Sequence record: MT135025.1
DNA length: 64,000 bases
Direction: 5' to 3' (one strand)
Below, piece after piece: positions 9,483 through 18,766 of this stretch. The position numbers and the translations under genes are program-made. Below the pieces are notes generated by a model that searched no databases, was not told where the DNA came from, and saw only the letters and a program-made list of their open reading frames with translations. How positions within the stretch are numbered: the first letter of the stretch is position 1; each line of letters opens with the position of its first letter.

Positions 9483-10541
9483 GTGGCTAAACTGAATCCT
9501 ATTCTTCGCTCAATTGGTGCGGGTGAATCTGGTGTTGTACGTCTAGCGGACGTAGTTGTACCTCAAGTGTTTACCCCTTACGTACAGCAACAAACAGAAG
9601 AAAAATCACGCCTAATTCAATCTGGTGTGTTGGTGCGCGATGCGTTCTTGGACAACTTCCTAGCTGGGGCGGGTGCTACCATTAACGTTCCTGGCTGGAA
9701 GGACTTGGATAACGACGAAGAGAACTACTCTAACGACGACCCAAGTGCAAACAGCACTCCAAAGAAAATCGGTACTGCGACTGAAGTTGCAACTCGTATG
9801 AACCGCAACCAATCTTGGAGCTCAATGGACTTGACTGCGCAACTTATTGCGCGTGATCCAATGGCTGCAATTGGTGGTCGTGTAGCAAACTACTGGACAC
9901 GTCGTATGCAAGCGATGTTCATTGCTACCGTTCGCGGTGTGTTTGCGGATAACGCTGCTGATCCTGTTTCAGGTGAGCACGTTAAGAACGACCTTACCCA
10001 CGATATTTCTGGTACTGGTGCAGCTTCTGCGACAACTCGTTTCAACGGTTCTGCGTTCATTGATACGCTGACCACAATTGGTGATAGTGAAGACGATCTA
10101 GGTATCGTGTTCATGCACTCAATCGTGTATGCGCGTGCTAAGAAAAACAACCTTATCGACTTTATCCCTGATGCAACTGGTAAGGTGAACATCCCGACTT
10201 ACATGGGTCGTACTGTTATTGTTGATGATGGTCTAACGTCTACAACTGCTGGCGTGTACGAAACTTGGGTGTTCGGTCAAGGTGCATTCCGCCTAGGTGT
10301 TGGTACTCCAGAAGTTCCAACTGAAGTGGATCGTAAACCTTCTGCGGGTAACGGTTCAGGTCAAACTGTTCTGCACAACCGTGTTGAGTGGTCTATCCAC
10401 CCTGTGGGCCACGCTTACACAACCACTCCAGGCCAGTCTGGTCCAACTAACGCACAGTTGGCGTCCGGTGACAACTGGAAGCGTGTGTACGCAGAGCGTA
10501 AGATGATTAAGATGGCACGTCTAATCACTCGTGAAGCTTAA
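9483..10541 (+). CDS. Major capsid protein (HK97 fold)
   Basis: GTG start after GAGGAG; RLADVVVPQVF, INVPGW, DPMAAIG..VANYW, VFMHS, PTYMGRTVIVDD. Confidence 0.93.
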   Translation: MAKLNPILRSIGAGESGVVRLADVVVPQVFTPYVQQQTEEKSRLIQSGVLVRDAFLDNFLAGAGATINVPGWKDLDNDEENYSNDDPSANSTPKKIGTATEVATRMNRNQSWSSMDLTAQLIARDPMAAIGGRVANYWTRRMQAMFIATVRGVFADNAADPVSGEHVKNDLTHDISGTGAASATTRFNGSAFIDTLTTIGDSEDDLGIVFMHSIVYARAKKNNLIDFIPDATGKVNIPTYMGRTVIVDDGLTSTTAGVYETWVFGQGAFRLGVGTPEVPTEVDRKPSAGNGSGQTVLHNRVEWSIHPVGHAYTTTPGQSGPTNAQLASGDNWKRVYAERKMIKMARLITREA

Positions 10542-10572
10542 TTCACAACCGAGGGGTCTTTGACCCCTCAAG

Positions 10573-11223
10573 TTGGAGTACCAAATGAAACAAGTAATTT
10601 TAGATGCACTAGCTAAAGTTGACGTTGAGAATGACGATCATTGGACTGCTGATGGTGCTGTTCGCGTTGACGTAGTTTCTGACCTTATTGGTGAAGAAGT
10701 TACACGTGCTGATATTACCGCAGCCGCTCCAAAGTTTAACCGTAAGAATACGGAACTTGCTGACGGTGGTGTGGTGGTTGCTGAGTCTACAACCGAACCT
10801 GACCTACCTGTTGACACTGGCAACCAAGTTGCAGAAGACGACGCAAAAGGTGACGGTGAAATCCCAGAACCGCAGTTTGCGAACCCTTGGGCAAAAGCAG
10901 CAACCGAAGCACGCGAGTCAATGGTTAAGCAGGAAGTTAACATTGGTGAGACGCAAGAAGCAATTGTGGAACTAACAGCGTTGCGCAAGGACTACGTTGG
11001 CAAACGTGTGGTCATTGATGCTAAGATCCAGGAAATCGACGAAGAAGTTCACCGTCTAAGTCAGCTTTGCAAGCAACCAGAACTGTCGCTTAAAGAGCAG
11101 TTAGATATGGTTCTAGCTTCTGAAGCGGGTGAAGTTGAAGAACGTGAAAAACGTCGTAAGCTAATCAAAGAGCTTATGAACAATGATAAGTCTATGCTTG
11201 ACGGTCTTGACATGCTTGACTAA
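10573..11223 (+). CDS. Hypothetical acidic protein, probably head-associated
   Basis: Position after the capsid gene; DHWTADG...TRADI N-terminal domain plus coiled coil. Confidence 0.55.
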   Translation: MEYQMKQVILDALAKVDVENDDHWTADGAVRVDVVSDLIGEEVTRADITAAAPKFNRKNTELADGGVVVAESTTEPDLPVDTGNQVAEDDAKGDGEIPEPQFANPWAKAATEARESMVKQEVNIGETQEAIVELTALRKDYVGKRVVIDAKIQEIDEEVHRLSQLCKQPELSLKEQLDMVLASEAGEVEEREKRRKLIKELMNNDKSMLDGLDMLD

Positions 11224-11235
11224 CTGGGGATAACT

Positions 11236-11424
11236 ATGGCGATAAAGCGCGGTGTTAAGGGTATTAAAAGACATCACCCAATGAACGGTTTACGTCATCC
11301 AGGATATAAATTAGCGGCGGGTCAATCTCGCCGCTTTATTGCATGGTCCGTACAGCAGAATGATTCGGTCAATGATGAACCTGTTGAACCTGTTGAGCCG
11401 GTTGTTGATGGTGACATTGTATAA
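11236..11424 (+). CDS. Small hypothetical protein
   Basis: ATG after GGGGA; EPV repeats at the C-terminus. Confidence 0.5.
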   Translation: MAIKRGVKGIKRHHPMNGLRHPGYKLAAGQSRRFIAWSVQQNDSVNDEPVEPVEPVVDGDIV

Positions 11425-11451
11425 TAATGACAACCCCTTATAATGGGGTTG
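11417..11451 (+). promoter_or_regulatory. Promoter whose -10 box forms a hairpin loop
   Basis: TTGTAT-16-TATAAT; CAACCCCT-TATAAT-GGGGTTG. Confidence 0.55.
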
Positions 11452-11470
11452 TTTCGTTTTTGGAGGATTT

Positions 11471-12001
11471 ATGGCAATTACTGTTGAAACTGGTTCCGGT
11501 GTTGCGGGTGCAGATTCTTACATCTCTGTTGGGGAAGCGGATTCGTACTTCGCACGATTTGGCAACACAGTGTGGTCGGGTAAAGGTACGGAGCAAAAGG
11601 AAACCGCTTTAAAGGTTGCAAGCTCATACGCTGATTCGCGTTGGGCTGCACGTATTAGCGCGGCGCCACTTAAATCCGAGCAAGGGTTAAGCTTACCAGT
11701 AAACGGCCTGTATAGCCCGCATGGTGCCCCTGTGGTGGGGATACCTAAAAAGTGGAAAGAATCAGTTATGGAATACGCGCTTCAGTCGTTTAGGGGTGAA
11801 CTGTACCGCACCACCGAGCAAGCCGATGTATCTGGTAAAATTAAGAGTGAGCGTGTAACAGTGGGCCCAATTACCACAAAAACTGAGTTTGCGGTTAATG
11901 AGGGTGCGGCTCGTAAGTTCAATAACTACCCTAAAGCGGATGCACTTGCGAAAGCAGCGTTTCGCTCACGTGGTGGTTCTTCACGTGTAATTCGAGGTTA
12001 A
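11471..12001 (+). CDS. Head-tail adaptor (DnaT-like/gp6 type)
   Basis: ITVETGSGVAGADSYISV..ADSYF N-terminus; KSERVTVGPI..EF C-terminus. Confidence 0.8.
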   Translation: MAITVETGSGVAGADSYISVGEADSYFARFGNTVWSGKGTEQKETALKVASSYADSRWAARISAAPLKSEQGLSLPVNGLYSPHGAPVVGIPKKWKESVMEYALQSFRGELYRTTEQADVSGKIKSERVTVGPITTKTEFAVNEGAARKFNNYPKADALAKAAFRSRGGSSRVIRG

Positions 12002-12002
12002 C

Positions 12003-12380
12003 ATGGCAGATGACGCTTTTTACCAGAAGATAATTGAAAAGGTTGTTCCTGTGATTGAGCGCTTTGGCACATCATACAAGGTGCGCTCTAAGGGTGAATA
12101 CGATCCGGACAAAATGGAAACATCTGCTCCAAGCGAGCGTACTGTGAAAGGGGTTCGCGCGAACTCATTTGTAGCGTCTGAGCTTGGTTCTGATGTTGGT
12201 GGTATGAACCGAGGTGGTGCGTTTATTATTGGGCACAACTCGCTGTTAATTGAACCGTCTGCAAACATCCTACCAACGGACGAAATTGAAGTTGACGGTG
12301 AATGGCAGTCCTGCAACCGAGCGGAAAAGGTGCAGCCTGGCAATGTGGTCATCTTGTACGTGGTAACTATCGGTGGCTAA
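12003..12380 (+). CDS. Head closure/stopper protein
   Basis: Size, synteny and beta-rich pattern ending VQPGNVVILY. Confidence 0.65.
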   Translation: MADDAFYQKIIEKVVPVIERFGTSYKVRSKGEYDPDKMETSAPSERTVKGVRANSFVASELGSDVGGMNRGGAFIIGHNSLLIEPSANILPTDEIEVDGEWQSCNRAEKVQPGNVVILYVVTIGG

Positions 12381-12777
12381 TTTTGCAGCAATAATTGAGA
12401 AGTTCGGTCAGGACAGTCTCAAAGCAATTGAAGACGTTAAGCGAGGTTCTATTATTGACCTCGCTACGTCTATTGTCATGCAAACACCAGTTGACAAGGG
12501 TTATCTTGCGAACAACTGGTTCCTCACCTTGGGTAAAACCACTTTCAAAACAACAGACACACCTGACCCGTCTAAGCGTATTCCAATTGAGCGCTTAAAG
12601 GCAACTGCGGTTAAGATTAGTTACAAGGACGATGTGTACTTTTCGAACAACCTACCGTATTCTGTACCTATAGAGTACGAAGCTCACTCTAAGAAAGCTC
12701 CGTCCGGCATGGTTCGAGTTAACACCGCACGTTGGGATATAATTGTTGACGCTAACGTTAAAAAGGTCTTAGGATGA
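12373..12777 (+). CDS. Neck/tail completion protein (HK97 gp10-like)
   Basis: TPVDKGYLANNW, FSNNLPYSVPIEY, SKKAPSGMVR. Confidence 0.8.
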   Translation: MANFAAIIEKFGQDSLKAIEDVKRGSIIDLATSIVMQTPVDKGYLANNWFLTLGKTTFKTTDTPDPSKRIPIERLKATAVKISYKDDVYFSNNLPYSVPIEYEAHSKKAPSGMVRVNTARWDIIVDANVKKVLG

Positions 12778-13514
12778 TTTATCTAGATTTGGAACAGGCA
12801 CTGATTGGGGCGCTTAAACCGCACATCCCCAATGGAGTTAACGTAAGTTGGCCTAACGCCGAGCTGTCTAAAAAGGGTGAGGTTTGGTTTGACGTAGACA
12901 ACCTATTTTCAGATGACGTGCCAATTACTGGCGGTGATAGCGGTGAAAACGAAATACGCGGAATTCTGCAGGTATTGGTGAAAGTAAAACCTAACGTTGG
13001 TGCTAAAGTTGCACTAACTCACGCGACTAATATTGCACGTAAGTTCAAAGCGGGTAGCGGTGTGACGCACGGTAACGCACACCCTGTATTCCGAGGTGCA
13101 AAACCTGGACCCGCTTTTACGTCTGGTGAATATTACGTTGTCCCGTTATCTATTAATTACTACGCGAGATATTCCCGCACGTTGGGGGTTCCTGCGTCTA
13201 ACAATAGTGGTGAACAGCGTTCTTCGTTTGTTGTTGGAGAAACATCCACGCAAGTTGGTTTCTGGCGTGACCACGATATAGGGTCTACAACGGTCTCATC
13301 CCTTACTCGTTTGAGCGTTACCAAGTCTAACAATTACGTGTTCTTTGAAGACCCTCGCTTTACAAGTAACATGTCTGCTACATTGAAGATTGACGGGATA
13401 GAACTTACGCTCACCCGTAACGGTGATCGCTTCACGTCTAGCGAGGGTGCACAGCTTGAAACTTACTTACAGGCGCGTGTTGGTCAAAGTGTTAGCTATG
13501 ATATCACCGTCTAA
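12774..13514 (+). CDS. Tail terminator with a ~110-aa C-terminal extension
   Basis: VSWPN...GILQV.V.V.P..G...YVVPLSINY core (first ~135 aa) plus an extra beta-rich domain. Confidence 0.7.
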   Translation: MIYLDLEQALIGALKPHIPNGVNVSWPNAELSKKGEVWFDVDNLFSDDVPITGGDSGENEIRGILQVLVKVKPNVGAKVALTHATNIARKFKAGSGVTHGNAHPVFRGAKPGPAFTSGEYYVVPLSINYYARYSRTLGVPASNNSGEQRSSFVVGETSTQVGFWRDHDIGSTTVSSLTRLSVTKSNNYVFFEDPRFTSNMSATLKIDGIELTLTRNGDRFTSSEGAQLETYLQARVGQSVSYDITV

Positions 13515-13515
13515 C

Positions 13516-13550
13516 TTTACAGGTTGTCCAAAGCGTGGTATATTTACCAC
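13516..13550 (+). promoter_or_regulatory. Promoter of the tail operon, -10 box inside a hairpin
   Basis: TTTACA-17-TATATT; GTGGTA-TATT-TACCAC. Confidence 0.6.
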
Positions 13551-13593
13551 ATTAGGCAACCTATGTTCCACTGTCTCAGTTTAGGAGATTAAC

Positions 13594-14544
13594 ATGGCTG
13601 ATGGAAGTCGTCATACCCTCTATATGGTTGAAGAGGGCACAACCAAGGATAAACACGGTGTCACACCTAGCACCCCCGCTATGGCGACTGTTCGTAATAC
13701 GGGCGTTACACTAGGTTTATCTAAAGATTCACTACAGTCTGAAGAGATTCGTGGTGACCGTCAAATTGCGGATTTCCGCCTTGGTGCTAACCAAGTTGGC
13801 GGTGACATTAACTTTGAAATGAGTCACTTAACCTTTGACTCGCTTATTTTGGGTGCACTTCAAGCGGAAAATTGGGTAGATACTGTTCCAGTTAACGCGA
13901 AACAAAAACGTGCACTTGCGGGTACGACACGTCGCTCGTTTAGTATGATGCGCCACTTTGCGGACATTACGGATAAACCGTACTTTATGTTTAAAGGTGT
14001 TGAAATTAACTCAATGAGTTTAAGCTTCGGCGCTAACGCAATGGTGACAGGTACTTTCTCTGTGCTTGGTAAAACACAGGCGTTGGCAACAACCGCACCG
14101 ACTGGCACAACTTATCCTGACGCTACAACCACACGCGCGATGGACTCATTTACGGGTGCAATCAAAGAAGGTGGTAGCAACATAGCTGTGGTCACTGAGG
14201 CAAGTTTCTCTATTGAGAACTCGCTAAACCCTCGCTTTGTAGTTGGTAGCAAGGACGGTATTTATCCAGAAAACGGTCGCTCTAACGTGACGGGTTCTAT
14301 CACTGCTTACTTTGAGAACGCATCCCTAGTTGAGAAGTTTATCAATGAAACTCCAAGTTCTTTGATCTTGGAAGCAGCGGATACAGCTGGCAATAAATAT
14401 CAATTTGAAATGCCTCGTATTATTTACACGGGCGGTCAACCGGATGTTGGTGGTGAAGGTTCCATTGTGTTAACAATGCCTTTCCAAGCCATCCTTGACC
14501 CAACCAAGAAAACTAACATTATTGTAACTCGCATCAACGCATAA
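13594..14544 (+). CDS. Major tail tube protein
   Basis: SEEIRGDRQIAD.R.G...VGGDINFE, NSLNPRFVVGS, VTGSITAYF. Confidence 0.9.
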   Translation: MADGSRHTLYMVEEGTTKDKHGVTPSTPAMATVRNTGVTLGLSKDSLQSEEIRGDRQIADFRLGANQVGGDINFEMSHLTFDSLILGALQAENWVDTVPVNAKQKRALAGTTRRSFSMMRHFADITDKPYFMFKGVEINSMSLSFGANAMVTGTFSVLGKTQALATTAPTGTTYPDATTTRAMDSFTGAIKEGGSNIAVVTEASFSIENSLNPRFVVGSKDGIYPENGRSNVTGSITAYFENASLVEKFINETPSSLILEAADTAGNKYQFEMPRIIYTGGQPDVGGEGSIVLTMPFQAILDPTKKTNIIVTRINA

Positions 14545-14554
14545 GGATAACAAG

Positions 14555-14962
14555 ATGAAACTGGCAGACTTATTTACCCGTCAAACTGCTAACGAAACTC
14601 GTAACATGCCTCTGGAACTACCAGATGGTTCTGTTTCCACCGATTTCCACCTAGAAGTTGTAAGTACAGAGTCGGATGCATTCCGCCGTGCTGAAACTAA
14701 GGCGAAACGTCGCGCGGTTGAAGCTGCGGCAATCGAAGACGAAGACCAAAGCGCGGACTTCCAAGCTGAAGTTGAAATTGAGATGCTCGCTGCGATGGTT
14801 GTTGGTTGGAACTTGGATGAAGAGTTTTCGTTTGCTAACGTGAAAGAGTTGCTGCGCGAAAGCCCTGGCAACCGTGACCGTCTGTCTCGTTTCACTGCCA
14901 CCCGTTCGCATTGGTTTGAAAAAAAGCAAAAGAGCTCCTCAACTGGCTCGAAGCAGAAGTAA
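14555..14962 (+). CDS. Tail assembly chaperone (G)
   Basis: Between the tail tube and tape measure genes; VVGWNLDEEFS..NVKELL. Confidence 0.85.
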   Translation: MKLADLFTRQTANETRNMPLELPDGSVSTDFHLEVVSTESDAFRRAETKAKRRAVEAAAIEDEDQSADFQAEVEIEMLAAMVVGWNLDEEFSFANVKELLRESPGNRDRLSRFTATRSHWFEKKQKSSSTGSKQK

Positions 14963-15246
14963 AGTTAGAAAAGAAACCGGAGGGCTCTAACCAGTCCCTC
15001 CGTGAATCTTTACTACAGGTTCAAAAGCAAACAGGGTTCACCCCGCCTGAACTTCTAAACATACCAGATAGACCCCCTGAAATGGAGTATATTTGGGAAT
15101 GGTACGGTCAGTTGAAAGGTGCTCAACCACTTACTAACACTGAAATTTTAAGTTGGGCCTGTCTTTATGGGATTGAACCTACCCCCCGCGAGGTTGAGTT
15201 ACTAAGAGACATGGACGACACGTTATGGAGAGTCCTAAATGGCTGA
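14920..15246 (+). CDS. Frameshifted chaperone extension (GT); -1 slippery site A AAA AAG at 14920-14926
   Basis: The -1 frame is open from the slippery site to TGA at 15244-15246 and encodes PELL..P..P.EMEYIWEWY..L...PLT..EI.SW; absent from the ORF track. Confidence 0.85.
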   Translation, partial: KKAKELLNWLEAEVKLEKKPEGSNQSLRESLLQVQKQTGFTPPELLNIPDRPPEMEYIWEWYGQLKGAQPLTNTEILSWACLYGIEPTPREVELLRDMDDTLWRVLNG

Positions 15247-17677
15247 TGTAGCTCGCCTCCAAATTAAGATTGACAGCTTGTCAGCGGAGATCGCTGCGTT
15301 ACGTTTGGACAAGGTAACTGGCGCATCTAAAAAGACGCAACGCGCGACTGGCGGGTTAAGCAAAGCATTTGCTGGCGCAACTGTGGTCACTGCTGCGTTC
15401 GCTGCTGCTGTCAAAGCCCTTTCTGTTGTTGCAGACGTAAGTAAACGCTTCCAGGATATGGAAGCTCGTCTTGTAACAGCTACAGGTTCAATGGATGGTG
15501 CTGCGATTGCAATGGAAGCAATCAAAGACCTTGCTGTTGAAACCCCCTACGACATTGAGCAAATTACCAACGGTTTTATTCGTCTTGCTAACTTGGGTTT
15601 AAGCCCATCTGAGCGAGCGCTTAGAAGTTACGGTAACACAGCTTCCGCGACTGGTAAATCCCTGAACCAGTTAGTTGAGGCGGTAGCTGACGCCGCAACG
15701 TTCGAGTTTGAACGTCTAAAAGAGTTTGGTATTAAAGCCAACCAAATGGGTGACCGTGTATCGTTTACGTTCCGCGGTGTGACCACAACTGTTGAGAAAT
15801 CTTCTAAAGCTGTAACAGACTACCTGACTGCACTTGGTGAGAACGAGTTCGCAGGTGAGATGGAACGCCGAATGGAAACGCTTGGCGGTGCTGTTTCCAA
15901 CTTGCAAGACCAGTTCACCATTGCAGTTAATAACATTGGTGAGTCCGGTTTAGCTGACCTAATGGAAGACGGTTTCCGTCGTGCCACCGATGCGCTTGAG
16001 CTGTTTAACGCTTCAATGGAATCCGGTGAAATGGGTGCACGTTTGGAGTTGGAAGCATCACGCTGGCAATTCCTTGCAGACGAAGCGTCCGGAGCGATGG
16101 ACTTCATTACCAAAATGTGGGATGACGCGCCCGGCGAGTGGAAGAAAGCTGCAACGGACGCAATACAGTTCATTATTGACTTGTGGACGTACCTACCGGA
16201 AAACATTGCGTATGTCCATAAGCGTATTATTATTGAGTTTAAGTACCTTGTCGGCGTAATCCAGCGTTACACTAGCAACATTGGTGAGCGTTGGGAAAAC
16301 ACATTTGACCATATCGTTGCTCGTGCGAAAGTTTACGCTGTTGCTATTGGTGACGCGATGGACCCGTTCTCAGATGGGTTCGATATGGAAGCTGCGCTCA
16401 CACGTGTTGACAAGTTCTTTGAGGGTGAAGCTAAACGTTTAGCAGTTAGCTATACGGATCTCAACAGTGAGCGGGACAAAGCGCTTGAGGGTATCAAGCT
16501 TGAGCGTGCTGTTGCAATTGATTCGTATGAGAAACAAAGTGCGGCTGTTAAGCGTTTGCGCGAACAGTACCTTAAAGAGCGCGAAGAGCGCCGAGCTACT
16601 GCGGGTGACCGTCTTGCACAGTTTGGACAAGACGAAGGTGGTGGTGCAACCCTAGCTGAACAGCGTGAAGCTGAGAAGAAAGCTAAAGAGCGTGAGAAAG
16701 AGTTTGAACGTCTTCAAGCTTACCTTCGCACAGAAGAAGAGACAATTCTTGAAAGTTACAACAACCGAATGCGTATTATTCTTGAGAATACGCAAGCGGG
16801 CAGTGACGCACGTAGAAACCTTCAACAAGAGTTAAACCAAAAGTTCCAAGAGGACTTACTTGGCGAGCAGGAAGTCTTAGATAATGATTACGCAACTAAG
16901 GAACAAAAGCTGCGTGACTATTGGGAACGCCGCCGCCAAATCATTATTGAGAATACGCAGCTAACCGAGGAACAGCGTACCGCACTGGAAGCGGAGCTAA
17001 CTAAGAAACGTGACGACCAGTTGCGCAAGTTAGAGCGTGAAAAGGTTAAATACGTTGTAAACACTTCTGGTAAGATGTTCGGGGATCTTGCGGGTCTTGC
17101 CGAACAGTTTGCAGGTAAGCAAAGCGGCATTTACAAGGTAATGTTCGCAGCGTCTAAAGCGTTCGCAATTGCTGACTCGATTATGAAAATTCAGCAAGGT
17201 ATTGCAAACGCGGCAGCTATGCCTTGGCCTGCTAACTTGGGTGCAATTGCATCAACTGTGGCTGCAACAGCGGGCATTGTTAACACCATTAGCTCAACTC
17301 AAATGAAGGGTTTCCGCAAAGGGGGATACACTGGTAACAGTGGTGTGAATGACGTTGCGGGTGTTGTGCATGGTAGGGAGTTCGTATTTGACGCAGAGTC
17401 GACAAGTCGTATTGGTAAGGACAACTTAGAAAGCTTGCGTAAGGGCGGAATGCCTAGTAACATGGGTAACGGTGGCAACGTTAAGCTGAACATTGTGGTC
17501 AATAACAATGCAGCCAACGTTGAAGTTGAAACTAAAACACAGGTTGTTGACGACGAGCTTAAAGTTGAATTTATTGTTAACCAAGCTAAGAATGAAATTG
17601 CAACAGAAATTCGAAGCGGTTACGGTTCTGTGACTGAGAGCTTAGAGCAGACCTACAGCTTAGGACGTACAGGCTAA
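15239..17677 (+). CDS. Tape measure protein
   Basis: 812 aa helical; ETPYDIEQIT tape-measure motif; GFRKGGYTG...AGVVHGREFV C-terminus. Confidence 0.92.
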   Translation: MADVARLQIKIDSLSAEIAALRLDKVTGASKKTQRATGGLSKAFAGATVVTAAFAAAVKALSVVADVSKRFQDMEARLVTATGSMDGAAIAMEAIKDLAVETPYDIEQITNGFIRLANLGLSPSERALRSYGNTASATGKSLNQLVEAVADAATFEFERLKEFGIKANQMGDRVSFTFRGVTTTVEKSSKAVTDYLTALGENEFAGEMERRMETLGGAVSNLQDQFTIAVNNIGESGLADLMEDGFRRATDALELFNASMESGEMGARLELEASRWQFLADEASGAMDFITKMWDDAPGEWKKAATDAIQFIIDLWTYLPENIAYVHKRIIIEFKYLVGVIQRYTSNIGERWENTFDHIVARAKVYAVAIGDAMDPFSDGFDMEAALTRVDKFFEGEAKRLAVSYTDLNSERDKALEGIKLERAVAIDSYEKQSAAVKRLREQYLKEREERRATAGDRLAQFGQDEGGGATLAEQREAEKKAKEREKEFERLQAYLRTEEETILESYNNRMRIILENTQAGSDARRNLQQELNQKFQEDLLGEQEVLDNDYATKEQKLRDYWERRRQIIIENTQLTEEQRTALEAELTKKRDDQLRKLEREKVKYVVNTSGKMFGDLAGLAEQFAGKQSGIYKVMFAASKAFAIADSIMKIQQGIANAAAMPWPANLGAIASTVAATAGIVNTISSTQMKGFRKGGYTGNSGVNDVAGVVHGREFVFDAESTSRIGKDNLESLRKGGMPSNMGNGGNVKLNIVVNNNAANVEVETKTQVVDDELKVEFIVNQAKNEIATEIRSGYGSVTESLEQTYSLGRTG

Positions 17678-18051
17678 TGATTGTTGCAGAATACCCTATT
17701 CATGAGCTACCGTACCCGCAGGACGCATCTGAAACTGTGGGTGCGTCCCACACCACAATAAAGAAGATGGTAAGCGGGCGTAGACGTGTATCTACGACCA
17801 TTCCTGGATACATTGGGGAAGCGACTCTGAAGTGGGACTTAACTGAGGATGAGCTTCGTTTCTTTTTGGGGTGGTGGCGTTGGATACTTGGTCGTGGCGG
17901 ATCCATTATCAAGTTTGAGCCAACATCAGATTTTGTTGCTGAGACTGGTCTTACGTATTGTATTCTTCGCAAGAATATGTTAAAAATAACACCTAAGGAC
18001 GCTGGCCACGCTGTGTCCGTTGGTGTTTATGTTGTTGAGGGTCCGCAATGA
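17677..18051 (+). CDS. Distal tail-like protein
   Basis: Position after the tape measure; MVSGRRRV, F..WW pattern. Confidence 0.55.
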   Translation: MIVAEYPIHELPYPQDASETVGASHTTIKKMVSGRRRVSTTIPGYIGEATLKWDLTEDELRFFLGWWRWILGRGGSIIKFEPTSDFVAETGLTYCILRKNMLKITPKDAGHAVSVGVYVVEGPQ

Positions 18052-18557
18052 GTTTCTATAGTGTTACATATCCGACATACCCTGTTGGGTTGCCTAATGC
18101 AAGCATGGGCAGTACACTCACAATTGAAACCAGTTCGGTACAGAACTCTGCAACTGCGGGTTATCCGTATTTAAAGACCCGCTTTGCCAACTATGGTTTT
18201 CATGGTAACTTAAAATTCCAATTTACAAACGATCAAATGAAGACGTTTTTGGAGTTTTGGAACAACACGTTAAGGAATGGGCGAATTGCATTTACATCTA
18301 ACAAGATTTATCTTCTTGGTGTGGCGGGGTTATACTATATCGCCCCACTTGGTGTATTACGCAAAGCAAAGGTGGCGCCCAATACGTGGTCAGTGAGTTT
18401 CCAAGTATATGGTTGGAACTTCCCAACACTTAGTGAGCAAGATGTATTGAACCGCTTTATTAGTGCTTCTACACTGGAGCGTCAAACAGCGCAAATTCAT
18501 TCTTACTTGAAGTCTTACTACGATTTAGGAGATCAGCCAAGTGGCAACATTACCTGA
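18048..18557 (+). CDS. Distal tail-like protein 2
   Basis: YP..LP, F.EFW...LRNGRIAF pattern; synteny. Confidence 0.55.
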   Translation: MSFYSVTYPTYPVGLPNASMGSTLTIETSSVQNSATAGYPYLKTRFANYGFHGNLKFQFTNDQMKTFLEFWNNTLRNGRIAFTSNKIYLLGVAGLYYIAPLGVLRKAKVAPNTWSVSFQVYGWNFPTLSEQDVLNRFISASTLERQTAQIHSYLKSYYDLGDQPSGNIT

Positions 18558-18765
18558 ACTTATTGAAAAGATGCGCGTGGACGTTAACGCGCTAGACACG
18601 ATATTGCTAGGTGACGCGAACGCAACCGCAACGGTTGACGGTAAAACTAAACCGAGTATTACTAAAGCGGTTGAAGAACGTTTAGACGGATACCGCACAA
18701 TTAGCACTTCAGCACCTTCCGGAGTTCCAAAGCGCGGACAGGAATGGATTGTAACTAGGAGTTAA
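18541..18765 (+). CDS. Short fibre anchor/adaptor protein
   Basis: Resembles fibre N-terminal anchors; ends STSAPSG..GQEW. Confidence 0.5.
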   Translation: MATLPELIEKMRVDVNALDTILLGDANATATVDGKTKPSITKAVEERLDGYRTISTSAPSGVPKRGQEWIVTRS

Positions 18766-18766
18766 C

